From an uncultured Gammaproteobacteria bacterium (GTDB lineage: Bacteria; Patescibacteriota; Microgenomatia; Woykebacterales; RBG-16-39-9b): DNA of 64,000 bases. The stretch spans positions 811 through 64,810 of the forward strand of contig CAYGGA010000001.1 in NCBI GenBank assembly GCA_964349395.1. Reading direction: 5' to 3'. Position numbers and translations under genes: made by a program. Positions 28,273 to 37,299 of the stretch are shown here, piece by piece. The notes beneath the pieces are model-generated. The model did not search any database, was not told the DNA's origin, and worked only from the letters and a program-made list of their open reading frames with translations. How positions within the stretch are numbered: position 1 is the first letter of the stretch; every line of letters starts with the position of its first letter.

Positions 28273-29402
28273 AAGGACTGAGCCTTAAGAAAATTGAAAC
28301 TGGAAGTGTAACCAATTCTAGCCCATTTGACTGGGTTGTTTTTTTATGTGTTGTGATATTGGTTGCCTTTGGAGTTCTAACCATTTATTCCACCTCCTTT
28401 TCAGAACAACAAATTAGCAGTGGTCTAGTCCAAAAACAGATTATTTTTGCACTGTTGGGACTCGGAGCATTTTTGTTCGTTTCTCGAATGGATTATAAGA
28501 TTTTTGCCCAAACAGCAGTGATTTTATACATTGTGACTCTAACTCTTTTGATTTTAACGATTGTCTGGGGAATTACCACTCGAGGGTCAACTAGGTGGAT
28601 TGACTTTGGGTGGATAAGAGTCCAGCCTAGTGAGATTCTTAAACCAGTTTTAATTGCCCTCTTAGCTTTTTACTACTCCACTAGGGAGAGGTTGCAGTTT
28701 CGACATTTTCTCGTTGGACTTATTTTGGCGGCTATCCCAGCGGTTTTAGTCTTTAGACAGCCGGATTTAGGGAGCGCGATCGTGATCATGGGGATATGGT
28801 TTATTATGACTTTAGTCTCTGGTTTTCCTTACCGCTACCTTTTGGGGCTCACAACAATTGGTGTTCTGGGACTTCCTTTTATCTTCAATTTACTAAAAGA
28901 CTACCAAAAAAGTAGATTAACAACTTTTCTAAATCCAAAACAAGATCCTTTAGGATCTGGGTACAATATTATTCAAGCCATTATTGCCGTTGGTAGTGGC
29001 CAGCTTTTAGGGCAAGGGTTTGGGAGAGGCACCCAGAGCCACTTGAATTTTCTACCAGAGCAGCACACTGATTTTATTTTTGCCACGATGGCGGAAGAGT
29101 TGGGGTTTGTGGGAGTTGTTTTAATGATTGGTGTTTTTCTAGTGCTGATTGTAAAAATGCTAGTGATTGCTAAAAACTCCTCTGATTTGTTTGGTATGCT
29201 ACTGGTGGTGGGGATAATTGGTATGATTACCTTACAACTTTTTATCAATGTTGGCATGAATGTGGGTATTTTGCCAGTTACAGGAATTACTTTGCCATTT
29301 ATCTCGTTCGGGGGCAGCTCGCTAGTGGCAATGATCGTCTCAGTAGGTGTGGTAGAAGCAGTGGCGCGGGCACGCAAACACTCAGTCATGGAAATTAAGT
29401 AG
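28269..29402 (+). CDS. rodA: SEDS-family protein (RodA-like second paralogue)
   Basis: FtsW/RodA-family multi-TM protein with C-terminal LPFISFGGSS. Second SEDS gene in the window. Confidence 0.7.
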   Translation: MKGLSLKKIETGSVTNSSPFDWVVFLCVVILVAFGVLTIYSTSFSEQQISSGLVQKQIIFALLGLGAFLFVSRMDYKIFAQTAVILYIVTLTLLILTIVWGITTRGSTRWIDFGWIRVQPSEILKPVLIALLAFYYSTRERLQFRHFLVGLILAAIPAVLVFRQPDLGSAIVIMGIWFIMTLVSGFPYRYLLGLTTIGVLGLPFIFNLLKDYQKSRLTTFLNPKQDPLGSGYNIIQAIIAVGSGQLLGQGFGRGTQSHLNFLPEQHTDFIFATMAEELGFVGVVLMIGVFLVLIVKMLVIAKNSSDLFGMLLVVGIIGMITLQLFINVGMNVGILPVTGITLPFISFGGSSLVAMIVSVGVVEAVARARKHSVMEIK

Positions 29403-29465
29403 CTTTATTATTGCTAGATCAATCAATAAATTAATGGTATACTTAGTAGGTAAAAAGCCCGTGCG

Positions 29466-29494
29466 TTGACAACAGCCACGCTAGGCTCTAATAT
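29466..29494 (+). promoter_or_regulatory. Sigma70-like promoter TTGACA-17-TAATAT upstream of rplU
   Basis: Consensus -35 hexamer, 17-nt spacer, AT-rich -10. Confidence 0.45.
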
Positions 29495-29535
29495 ATGAAG
29501 CTGATAGGTTTATAACGTCCCAGGATAAACGAATA

Positions 29536-29880
29536 ATGTTAGAAAAATACGCAATTATTAAATCCGGCAACAAGCAATTTATGGTCACTGAAGGCCAGAT
29601 TTTGCTTGTCGACAAACTTACTGCGAGCGAAAATGCACCAGTAAACTTTGATAATATTTTACTTATTAAAGACAAAACCAAACTAGTGATCGGCACCCCC
29701 ATAGTTTCTGGGGTAGTTAGAGGGTCTGTTTTGTCACAAATGAAAGGCAAAAAGATCCATGTCTCGAAATTTAAAGCTAAAACTGGTTACAGGAAAAAAA
29801 TTGGATTTAGACCCCTTTTTACCAGGGTAAAGATTGACGAAATCTCTTTAGGGCACGGGAAGAAAGAAAAGGAAGCTTAA
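29536..29880 (+). CDS. rplU: 50S ribosomal protein L21
   Basis: [17 protein letters not shown] matches the L21 N-terminus. Confidence 0.85.
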   Translation: MLEKYAIIKSGNKQFMVTEGQILLVDKLTASENAPVNFDNILLIKDKTKLVIGTPIVSGVVRGSVLSQMKGKKIHVSKFKAKTGYRKKIGFRPLFTRVKIDEISLGHGKKEKEA

Positions 29881-30128
29881 TGGCTCACAAGAAAGCAACA
29901 GGTTCAAAAGCTAATCAAGGTAGTAATGTAAGTGGCAAGAGACTGGGTCTGAAAGTATTTGGTGACCAGAAAGTCAGTTCCGGTGGTATTATTGTGCGTC
30001 AAGTGGGAAATAAATTTTTCCCAGGTCTAAATGTAGGTCAGGGAAAAGACTTTAGCTTGTTTGCCCTAAAAGAAGGGGTAGTGACTTTCACTACTCGTCT
30101 TGGCAAAAAGTATATTTCGGTAAAGTGA
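29880..30128 (+). CDS. rpmA: 50S ribosomal protein L27
   Basis: MAHKKATGS...GKRLGLK...GGIIVRQ matches the L27 signature. ATGG overlap with rplU. Confidence 0.9.
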   Translation: MAHKKATGSKANQGSNVSGKRLGLKVFGDQKVSSGGIIVRQVGNKFFPGLNVGQGKDFSLFALKEGVVTFTTRLGKKYISVK

Positions 30129-30171
30129 CCCATCAGGGTCATCCCGAGCCTTAGTCAGCGATCTGAAAACA

Positions 30172-30205
30172 GATTGCCACGTTTCGCTCGCAAAGACAAT
30201 AGGAA
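30172..30205 (+). repeat. Solo copy of the ~35-bp motif gattgccacgtttcgctcgcaaagacaatagg
   Basis: About 3 mismatches relative to the 21676-21709 copy, same orientation. Lies between rpmA and parB, preceded by a gtcatcccgag half-site. Confidence 0.5.
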
Positions 30206-30221
30206 AAAACAAGGAGAATTT

Positions 30222-31025
30222 ATGGAAGGCATGGTTACTGAAACTGTAGTTGAAGTAGATATTGATGCTCTTCAACCCAATCCCTTACAACCTCGTGGTT
30301 TAATACTACCCGATTCTTTAGTTGAATTAGCTGACTCCATCCGTGAACACGGTATTTTAGAACCGCTGGTGATTGCCAAAACTCCGGCTGGTTATCAGAT
30401 TATTGCGGGTGAAAGACGGTGGCGAGCGGCCAAGCTGGCTGGCTTGACACGAGTACCAGTTAGCATTAAAGAGACTTCTCCTCAAGGAATGCTGGAAATG
30501 GCAATTGTGGAGAATGTCCAAAGAGTTGACCTAAATCCACTTGAGCGTGCTCAAGCCTACCAAAGACTAATGGCAGAGTTTGGGTTAGCCGCGACTGAAA
30601 TTGGGCAAAGAGTGGGGAAAAGTGGTCCCTACATTTCTAATACTTTAAGACTTCTGGAAATGCCTGACGCTCTAAAAGACGGACTGCTTTCTGGGGCAGT
30701 GACTGAAGGTCATTGCAAAGCTTTGCTTGGACTTGATGACACTAATCTGATTGTGCAGGCTTACAAAGTGGTTTTAAAAGAGAATCTTGGTGTCCGAGCC
30801 ACGGAAGAGCTGGCACGCAAAATGAAAAGTGAAGTTGGCATCAAACCCAGGACCGCGGTTGAGTACGAGAGAACTGAGGAATTAGATAGGATCGAAAAAG
30901 ATATTAATGCTTACCTAAATATGAAAGCTAAAGTTCTCAAATCGGCGCGGGGTGGGAGAATTACCATCTTCTTTAAAACTGGTGATGATCTCAACTTAAT
31001 ATATACCAAATTAACTAACACCTAA
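30222..31025 (+). CDS. parB: ParB/Spo0J-family partition protein
   Basis: ParB N-terminal domain (LEPLVIAKTPAGYQIIAGERRWRAAKLAGL) plus HTH. AGGAG RBS 6 nt upstream of the ATG at 30222. Confidence 0.8.
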   Translation: MEGMVTETVVEVDIDALQPNPLQPRGLILPDSLVELADSIREHGILEPLVIAKTPAGYQIIAGERRWRAAKLAGLTRVPVSIKETSPQGMLEMAIVENVQRVDLNPLERAQAYQRLMAEFGLAATEIGQRVGKSGPYISNTLRLLEMPDALKDGLLSGAVTEGHCKALLGLDDTNLIVQAYKVVLKENLGVRATEELARKMKSEVGIKPRTAVEYERTEELDRIEKDINAYLNMKAKVLKSARGGRITIFFKTGDDLNLIYTKLTNT

Positions 31026-31028
31026 TTT

Positions 31029-31060
31029 CCGTACTTTAGTCCTGGTACGAATTTAATTTT
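31029..31060. repeat. Duplicated copy of the lepB 3'-terminal coding sequence (~33 bp, ~80% identical to 31094-31126)
   Basis: The reverse complement encodes K-I-K-F-V-P-G-L-K-Y-G, matching the LepB C-terminus. Sits in the parB-lepB convergent spacer. Confidence 0.5.
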
Positions 31061-31087
31061 TAGGAGTGAAACGACGCAAGATTAAGT

Positions 31088-31657
31088 TTATATCCCGTAT
31101 TTTAGCCCAGGTACAAACTTAATCTTATTTAAAGGCCAATACCTGATCCAAGCGCGGCCGACAACCTCATCTCTTTGAATTGGTCCCCAGTCTCGGGAAT
31201 CAGAGCTATGAGGGCGATTATCCCCCATCACAAAGTATTCTGTTTCTCCTAAAGCTACTGGACTACCTTCTTTGGCAAATTCTCGACCCGTGGTAGCAGT
31301 GTCTCCGACATAGGGTTCAGAGAGTTTGATGCCATTGGGATTTTTGGAATTATAGATATAGACATTTCCATTTTGGATTTTTACTTTTTCTCCGGGGAGA
31401 CCAATGATTCTCTTAATATAATCTTGCTCTCTATTTTTAGGAGCCTGGAAGACAATGATATCTCCCCGTTCTGGGGCGCTAAAACGGTAGCTAATTTTAT
31501 CAGTCAAAATATATTCTCGATCATGAAAAGTATTATCCATACTAACCCCTCTTATTTGGTGAGGTTGAATCAGAAATAAATAGACCACCACAAATATGGC
31601 CGCAGCAATAACAATAGTTTCGATGGTATCAGCAAGAAAGGACCAAAGAGATTTCAT
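31088..31657 (-). CDS. lepB: Signal peptidase I (S26 family)
   Basis: N-terminal TM; GVSMDNT (Ser), KRIIGLPGE (Lys box) and GDNRPHSSDSR motifs. Confidence 0.8.
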   Translation of the reverse strand: MKSLWSFLADTIETIVIAAAIFVVVYLFLIQPHQIRGVSMDNTFHDREYILTDKISYRFSAPERGDIIVFQAPKNREQDYIKRIIGLPGEKVKIQNGNVYIYNSKNPNGIKLSEPYVGDTATTGREFAKEGSPVALGETEYFVMGDNRPHSSDSRDWGPIQRDEVVGRAWIRYWPLNKIKFVPGLKYGI

Positions 31658-31742
31658 AGTCTTGATTAGTATACCTAAAAAGCGGGGGTTAGTATAGAGT
31701 TGGGAACTAGTCTTTAGATATGTTAAAATCGCTTTGTCACTA

Positions 31743-31818
31743 GGACCTGTGGCTCAGTGGTTAGAGCGCTCGGTTCACATCCGAGAGGTCAGTGGTTCGA
31801 GTCCACTCAGGTCCACCA
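31743..31818 (+). tRNA. tRNA-Val (anticodon CAC), CCA encoded
   Basis: Cloverleaf folded by hand: acceptor GGACCTG/CAGGTCC, D-arm GCTC-AGTGGTTA-GAGC, anticodon loop TTCACAT, T-arm AGTGG-TTCGAGT-CCACT. Confidence 0.85.
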
Positions 31819-31972
31819 AGAGTTCACCGTTCAACCTAACTATTTTCCTTCACTTTTAATCAATTTACTGTTCTGTTAAGCTTAAAACACTACCTTAGGA
31901 GATGAGAATCGTGAGTGTGCTTTTTATTGGTGGGGGAGCTCGAGAAGATATCGCCGTTCAGAACTAACCCCC

Positions 31973-32003
31973 AGGCGCTTGTAAACTTTCCTTACAAGCG
32001 CCT
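31973..32003 (+). terminator. Perfect 12-bp stem hairpin (aggcgcttgtaa/ttacaagcgcct) followed by a T-rich tract
   Basis: Read directly. Lies between tRNA-Val and the flippase gene, downstream of a 21-codon mini-ORF. Confidence 0.4.
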
Positions 32004-32045
32004 CTTTAATTGCTCCAGTAAGTATTTTCAGGTACAATACCAGGT

Positions 32046-33401
32046 GTGAGGACAATTTCCACACTATTTATAAACACTCTGGCTCAACTAATTGCTAAAG
32101 TAGCGACTACTGGTACTACCTTAGTAGTTACCTACTTAATTAGTAGTAAATTGGGAACAGTGGGTTTGGGTGAATTTATTGCGACCACCTCCTATGTGGC
32201 GCTTTTCTATCTTTTAGCTGATTTTGGCATCAATGCCGTTTTCACCAAAAAAATCCACAAAGAGGAGTCTTTATCAGGTCTTCGACTCCAAGGTCGCTCA
32301 GACCCTGAGCTGCTGTCGAAGGGATCTGAATTTCAAAACTCTTCTTCGGAAAACAAGTTGCTTTTTTACTTTAAAAATTTGCTAAGTATTAGACTAGTAC
32401 TGGGAATAGTAGTTTCTTTCCTCGCAATTGCTATCTTGTCCTTTTTAGATTATCCGGCCAACATAAAAGTTGCCATCATCTTAGGGTCTGTTTTGATTTT
32501 TACCCAAGCCTTGTTTGTCACAGCAAACGGCATTTTTCAAATCAAACTTAGGTACGAACTCTCTGCTCTGTCAGATATTATTGGGAGTTTGCTAACTTTA
32601 TTTTTAGTTTATCTTTTCTTGAGCAGTGGTCTTGGGGTTTGGTTTGTCATTCTCGCTTACGTGGCCGGCAGTATTTTGAAAGTCCTAATCAGTTTGACCC
32701 TAGCTCGTAGAGTAGTAGGAGGGATTGGACTGGGTCAAGATACCTCTTTGTGGGGAAGTTTTTTTCTAGCCTCTCTCCCTTTAGGGTTGATAGCTATTTT
32801 TTCCCAAATCATGGCCAATATTGATAAAGTAATTTTGTCCCTAGCTCCTCTGTCATCAGATCTTGGGTACTCTAATCTTGAAGCAGTCGGTATTTATGGT
32901 CTTGCCTACAAGTTTTTTGATGTCGCCCTAGTGTTGCCAACTTATTTGATGAATGCTGCTTTTCCTATTTTTGTAAGAACTGCTAGGGAAGATACAACCA
33001 AACTCAAACATCTGGCCACCAAGATTGGGGCTGCTTTGTTTGGGGCAGCTTTACTTTTATCCGTCCTTGGTTTCTTTCTTGCACCTGTAGTGTTGAGATT
33101 TTTTAATAGTGGCGAGGATTTATCAGGGTCAGTAGCAGGTTTGAGGGTTTTGCTCTTTGGTTTGCCGTTTTTTTACTTGTCCGCGCTGATGGTTTGGCTT
33201 TCAGTCGCCCTGGATAAGCAAAAACAATTGATTTTGATTTATCTTCTTTCCGCGCTAGCAAATTTGGTTTTAAATCTCTACTTGGTGCCGAAGTTTGGTT
33301 TCATGGCCTCAGCTTATCTAACCATTTTGTCTGAGATCATCATTATTTTGGGAGTGGGTTTCATGCTTTGGAGTTTCTGGAGGACAGATGACCAAGCTTA
33401 A
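32046..33401 (+). CDS. MOP-superfamily lipid-linked oligosaccharide flippase (Wzx/MurJ-like)
   Basis: 451-aa polytopic membrane protein with the polysaccharide-biosynthesis (Wzx) family pattern. Heads a glycosyltransferase operon. Confidence 0.5.
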   Translation: MRTISTLFINTLAQLIAKVATTGTTLVVTYLISSKLGTVGLGEFIATTSYVALFYLLADFGINAVFTKKIHKEESLSGLRLQGRSDPELLSKGSEFQNSSSENKLLFYFKNLLSIRLVLGIVVSFLAIAILSFLDYPANIKVAIILGSVLIFTQALFVTANGIFQIKLRYELSALSDIIGSLLTLFLVYLFLSSGLGVWFVILAYVAGSILKVLISLTLARRVVGGIGLGQDTSLWGSFFLASLPLGLIAIFSQIMANIDKVILSLAPLSSDLGYSNLEAVGIYGLAYKFFDVALVLPTYLMNAAFPIFVRTAREDTTKLKHLATKIGAALFGAALLLSVLGFFLAPVVLRFFNSGEDLSGSVAGLRVLLFGLPFFYLSALMVWLSVALDKQKQLILIYLLSALANLVLNLYLVPKFGFMASAYLTILSEIIIILGVGFMLWSFWRTDDQA

Positions 33402-34272
33402 GGTCGGTATTGTAGTTCTGAACTTCAATGGTCGGGCAGATACAATTGATTGCCTGGCTTCTTTGGAAAAACTTACAGGTAAAGAAGCCGAGGCGCTAAT
33501 CTATGTGGTCGATAATAACTCTCACGATAAATCCGTTGAAGATATAAGGGAAAAATTTCCCAAAATCGAGGTCATTGCCAATAACGAAAATCTTGGTTTT
33601 TCTGGTGGGAATAATGTCGGTATTAAAAAGGCATTGCAGACTGAGGTAGACTGGGTACTGCTTCTCAATAATGATACGATTGTGGAGCCAAACTTTTTAG
33701 ATGAATTAATTAAATTTGGACGCACCCATCCTAAAGCTGGAATTTTGGGACCAACGCTAAAATTCAAAAAAGGATTTGAGGTTTTTTACGACTTGGGTGG
33801 CAGCATCAATCCTTGGTTTGGTAGAACCACTCACAAAACGGTGAGTTTATTAGCAGACCAGCTCCCACAAAAAGTTGATTATCTGTCTGGTGCTTGTATG
33901 CTGATACGCAAAGAAGTGGTTACTAAAATTGGCATGTTGGAGGAAGAATACTTTTTTGGTTTTGAAGATGTGGAGTTTTGTCTAGAAGCTAAAAAAGCCG
34001 GTTTTGAGATTTATAATGTCCCCACTGCTTTAGTTGAACATAAAATCTCTTCCTCGGTGGGGCAAACATCTCCACTGAAAATTTACTATCTACTAAGAAA
34101 TAACCTGCGCTTTTTTTACCGTAATCTCCTCTTGCCTAAAAATTTGTTTGGTTATGTCTACCTTGCGGTCTTATCAGTAAAAATGGTCATCAACTCACCA
34201 CATTACATTGTGCCCGTTTCACAAGCTTGGGCTGATTTTGTCCGCGGGAGGTTTGGCAAAAAAAGAGAATGA
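33388..34272 (+). CDS. Family 2 glycosyltransferase
   Basis: GT-A N-terminus VVLNFNGRADT...VVDNNSHD with DxD-like and GGNNVGI motifs. Confidence 0.7.
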   Translation: MTKLKVGIVVLNFNGRADTIDCLASLEKLTGKEAEALIYVVDNNSHDKSVEDIREKFPKIEVIANNENLGFSGGNNVGIKKALQTEVDWVLLLNNDTIVEPNFLDELIKFGRTHPKAGILGPTLKFKKGFEVFYDLGGSINPWFGRTTHKTVSLLADQLPQKVDYLSGACMLIRKEVVTKIGMLEEEYFFGFEDVEFCLEAKKAGFEIYNVPTALVEHKISSSVGQTSPLKIYYLLRNNLRFFYRNLLLPKNLFGYVYLAVLSVKMVINSPHYIVPVSQAWADFVRGRFGKKRE

Positions 34273-35024
34273 AACTGAGTGCTGTAGTTTTAACTTTAAA
34301 TGAGGAGAAAGACATTGGGGAGTGTTTAAGAAGTTTAAAGTTTTGTGATGAGGTGCTGGTGATTGACAGTGGATCTATAGATCAGACAGTAAAAATTGCA
34401 ACGAGTTTGGGGGCAGATGTTTATAACCATGTTTTCCAAGATTTTTCTGAAACCCGCAATTTTGGTTTGAAAAAAAGTAAAGGGGACTGGGTCCTTTTTG
34501 TGGACAGCGACGAGAGAGTCCCTGATCCTTTAAAAAAAGAGATTATTCAGACCTTGGCGAGGCAAAATAATTATAGTGGTTATTATTTCAAAAGAGATGA
34601 CTTTATGTTTGGTAAATGGTTGAAACATGGAGAGACGGCTTATGTGCGTCTTCTTAGGTTGGCAAAGAAAGATAGCGGACTATGGGAAAGAAGTGTCCAC
34701 GAGACCTGGCAGGTAGAGGGAAAGACGGGGGAGTTTAAAAATGCACTCCAGCATTACTCTCACCCTACAATCGAAGAGTTTGTCAAAAAAATCAACTATT
34801 ACTCTAGTTTTGATGCCAAGGAGCATTTTAAGGGTGGCAAGAAATCTAAATGGTGGCATCTCGCCACTTACCCAATAGCTAAATTCGTTCAAAATTACAT
34901 TTTTAGGTTAGGTTTTCTAGATGGGAAAGTAGGTCTAGTTTTTGCTACCCTGATGAGTTTTAATTCTTTTCTAATCAGGGCCAAACTCTGGCAATTGGGG
35001 AGGACCCATGCAGATTGGCATTGA
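34269..35024 (+). CDS. Family 2 glycosyltransferase
   Basis: LSAVVLTLNEE...VIDSGSID...FVDSDE (DxD) GT2 pattern. ATGA overlap with the upstream GT2. Confidence 0.7.
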   Translation: MKLSAVVLTLNEEKDIGECLRSLKFCDEVLVIDSGSIDQTVKIATSLGADVYNHVFQDFSETRNFGLKKSKGDWVLFVDSDERVPDPLKKEIIQTLARQNNYSGYYFKRDDFMFGKWLKHGETAYVRLLRLAKKDSGLWERSVHETWQVEGKTGEFKNALQHYSHPTIEEFVKKINYYSSFDAKEHFKGGKKSKWWHLATYPIAKFVQNYIFRLGFLDGKVGLVFATLMSFNSFLIRAKLWQLGRTHADWH

Positions 35025-36087
35025 CAGCCGGCCACTAGAAGGTGAACGGGCTGGAATTGGGAATTATGTATCAGGGTTACTTGCTGGTTTGTCTCAGATT
35101 GATAAAGAAAACCACTATTTACTTTTTACAAGAAAACCAATTAACTTAGATTTAGCTCCAAATTTTCAGATAAAAGTAATTCCTTCGACCCCGCTTTGGC
35201 ATTTGCAGGTCAGTGACTATGTACGAACCCACCAATTAATTTTCCACGCCACCCACTCTTTAATAGATGCAAATTTAGTAGGAATTAGGGGAGTTCTAAC
35301 TGTTCATGATCTTACTAGCCTGACTGAGCAAGACAAACATACTTTGAAAGTAAAAGCTATTAGCCACCTTCTTTTTAAAAGAGCACTAAGAAAAATCCAG
35401 CAGCTTATTACTCCCACGCAGGTTGTCCGGAATGATTTATTGGCCTATTTACCAGAGGTAAAAGATAAAGTGACGGTGATTCATGAAGCGGTAGAAGAGA
35501 ATTTTGGTGAAGTTGTCAGCAAAGATGTTTTAAAGCTTTATGATTTAGAATCAGGGTATATCTTCTTTAATGCGACTTTAGAGCCTAGAAAAAATGTTCC
35601 TAGGCTGCTGCTCGCCTACTCTCAACTGGAGAAGAAACCACCCTTAGTTTTGGCTGGAAAAAAAGGGTGGGGCTTTGGTGAGGTGGAAAAAGAAATTAGC
35701 CGACTCAATTTAAAGAAAGATGTCCGCGTCTTGGGTTGGGTGAAAGATGAGGACTTGGCCAGTCTTTACCAATTTGCCTCTGTTTTAGTTTACCCTTCGC
35801 TAAATGAAGGTTTTGGTCTTTCTCCTTTGAAAGCTTTTAAAGTCGGGGTGCCAGCAGTGGTCTCTGACCTACCAGTTTTTAGCGAGGTGGTGGGTGAAGC
35901 TGCTCTCAAAGTCGATCCTTACAATGTCTCTGCACTAAAACAGGCGCTCGAGAAAGTGCTAAATGACCAGGTTCTGCGGAAAATGCTAATTCAAAAAGGA
36001 TTTGACCAGGTAGCAAAATATACTTGGAAAGAGACAGCTAGAAAAACCTTGGAAATTTATCAGAAAGTTCAAGATGCGATTAGTTAA
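35008..36087 (+). CDS. Family 1 (GT4-type) glycosyltransferase
   Basis: GT-B C-terminal motif EPRKN...YPSLNEGFGLSPLKAF (the E-x7-E region). Confidence 0.7.
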   Translation: MQIGIDSRPLEGERAGIGNYVSGLLAGLSQIDKENHYLLFTRKPINLDLAPNFQIKVIPSTPLWHLQVSDYVRTHQLIFHATHSLIDANLVGIRGVLTVHDLTSLTEQDKHTLKVKAISHLLFKRALRKIQQLITPTQVVRNDLLAYLPEVKDKVTVIHEAVEENFGEVVSKDVLKLYDLESGYIFFNATLEPRKNVPRLLLAYSQLEKKPPLVLAGKKGWGFGEVEKEISRLNLKKDVRVLGWVKDEDLASLYQFASVLVYPSLNEGFGLSPLKAFKVGVPAVVSDLPVFSEVVGEAALKVDPYNVSALKQALEKVLNDQVLRKMLIQKGFDQVAKYTWKETARKTLEIYQKVQDAIS

Positions 36088-37276
36088 AAGCCTTTTTTTA
36101 CTTGTTTTGCTTACTTTACCTCTAGGTCAACTGAGCCGCTTGGAGGTGGCCCCAAATGTGGTGGTTTATCTAAATGATATCCTGATTCCTATTTTAATTC
36201 TGGTTTGGTTAACTCACAGCTTACTAATTTTAAAAAAGGTGTATTTACCTCCTTTTAGTCTGAGAATCTTAATCTTCCTGTTGATTGCCATCTTGTCTTT
36301 GCTAGTAGGGAGTTTAAAACTCACCGGACAAGAAACTCTAGTTAGCAGTCTCTTTCTAATCCGTTTAGTAGAGTACGTATCTCTTTATCTGATTGGTTAT
36401 AATTTGTTCTCAGTCCCCTCTTTCGCTAATTTGGTGGGGAAAATCATTATTTTTACTGGTTTTATAGTCGCCTTATTGGGTTTTGGGCAAGTACTCCTCA
36501 TTCCTGATTTTTCCCATTTAGCTGCCTCTGGTGGTTGGGACCCTCACCAATACCGGCTGCTTTCCACATTTTTTGATCCAAATTTTGTCGGTGGCTTTTT
36601 AGTAATGGTAACTTCAGTTGCAGTGGCTTTTCTTTTTTTCCATCCAGGGTTGAGAGAAAAAGCGGGTCTGATTTTATTTGGGAGCAGCTTAGTTTTGGCG
36701 ATTATTTTAACTTTATCACGGAGTACTTACTTAGCTTTTTTTACGATGCTGGGAGTTTTAGCCACCATCAGATCCAGAAAAATTTTCTTAGCTTTACTTC
36801 TCGCATTATTGGTCTTTAGTACCATTCCTGCTGTCCAGGATCGGATTTTGCAAGCCTTAAATCTAGATGACAGTGCCTCTGCCCGGGTAGTCTCCTGGCA
36901 AAATGCCCTGATCATCTCTAAAGACCACCCCTTGCTTGGGGTGGGTTTCAATAGCTACCGTTTTGCTCAAGAAGATTATGGCTTTTTTGCAGACCTAGAT
37001 GATGGTGGTCACTCAGGCAGTGGAGTAGACAGCTCTCTATTACTGGTGCTCGCAACTACTGGGGTGGCGGGTTTAGTGAGTTTTCTTTCTATCTTGGCTG
37101 GTTTTTTAGTGCGTGCTTTTAGACAAAGAAGAAAAAAGTTTAGCCTGGCCTTTCTTGGTGGTTTGGTCGCCCTGATGGTGCATAGTCAATTTGTAAATTC
37201 TTTATTTTATCCCCAAATTATGGCTTTACTTTGGATTGGAGCAGCACTCATGGCACAGGAGGAAAGGGAGCTGTAA
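36074..37276 (+). CDS. O-antigen ligase/polymerase-like membrane protein (Wzy_C domain)
   Basis: About 10 TM; LSRSTYLAF segment and a large periplasmic loop resembling O-antigen ligase-family proteins. Confidence 0.45.
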   Translation: MRLVKSLFLLVLLTLPLGQLSRLEVAPNVVVYLNDILIPILILVWLTHSLLILKKVYLPPFSLRILIFLLIAILSLLVGSLKLTGQETLVSSLFLIRLVEYVSLYLIGYNLFSVPSFANLVGKIIIFTGFIVALLGFGQVLLIPDFSHLAASGGWDPHQYRLLSTFFDPNFVGGFLVMVTSVAVAFLFFHPGLREKAGLILFGSSLVLAIILTLSRSTYLAFFTMLGVLATIRSRKIFLALLLALLVFSTIPAVQDRILQALNLDDSASARVVSWQNALIISKDHPLLGVGFNSYRFAQEDYGFFADLDDGGHSGSGVDSSLLLVLATTGVAGLVSFLSILAGFLVRAFRQRRKKFSLAFLGGLVALMVHSQFVNSLFYPQIMALLWIGAALMAQEEREL

Positions 37277-37299
37277 ACAGCTCGTTTTAAAGTAGTAAA

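Noticed and set aside
28973-29389. 138-aa minus-strand ORF within rodA
   Set aside because: Antisense to a conserved SEDS gene with a continuous homologous frame. No RBS or motif.
31700-31742. Promoter for tRNA-Val (TTGGGA-18-TAAAAT)
   Set aside because: Weak -35 hexamer and non-optimal spacing; not confident enough to list as a feature.
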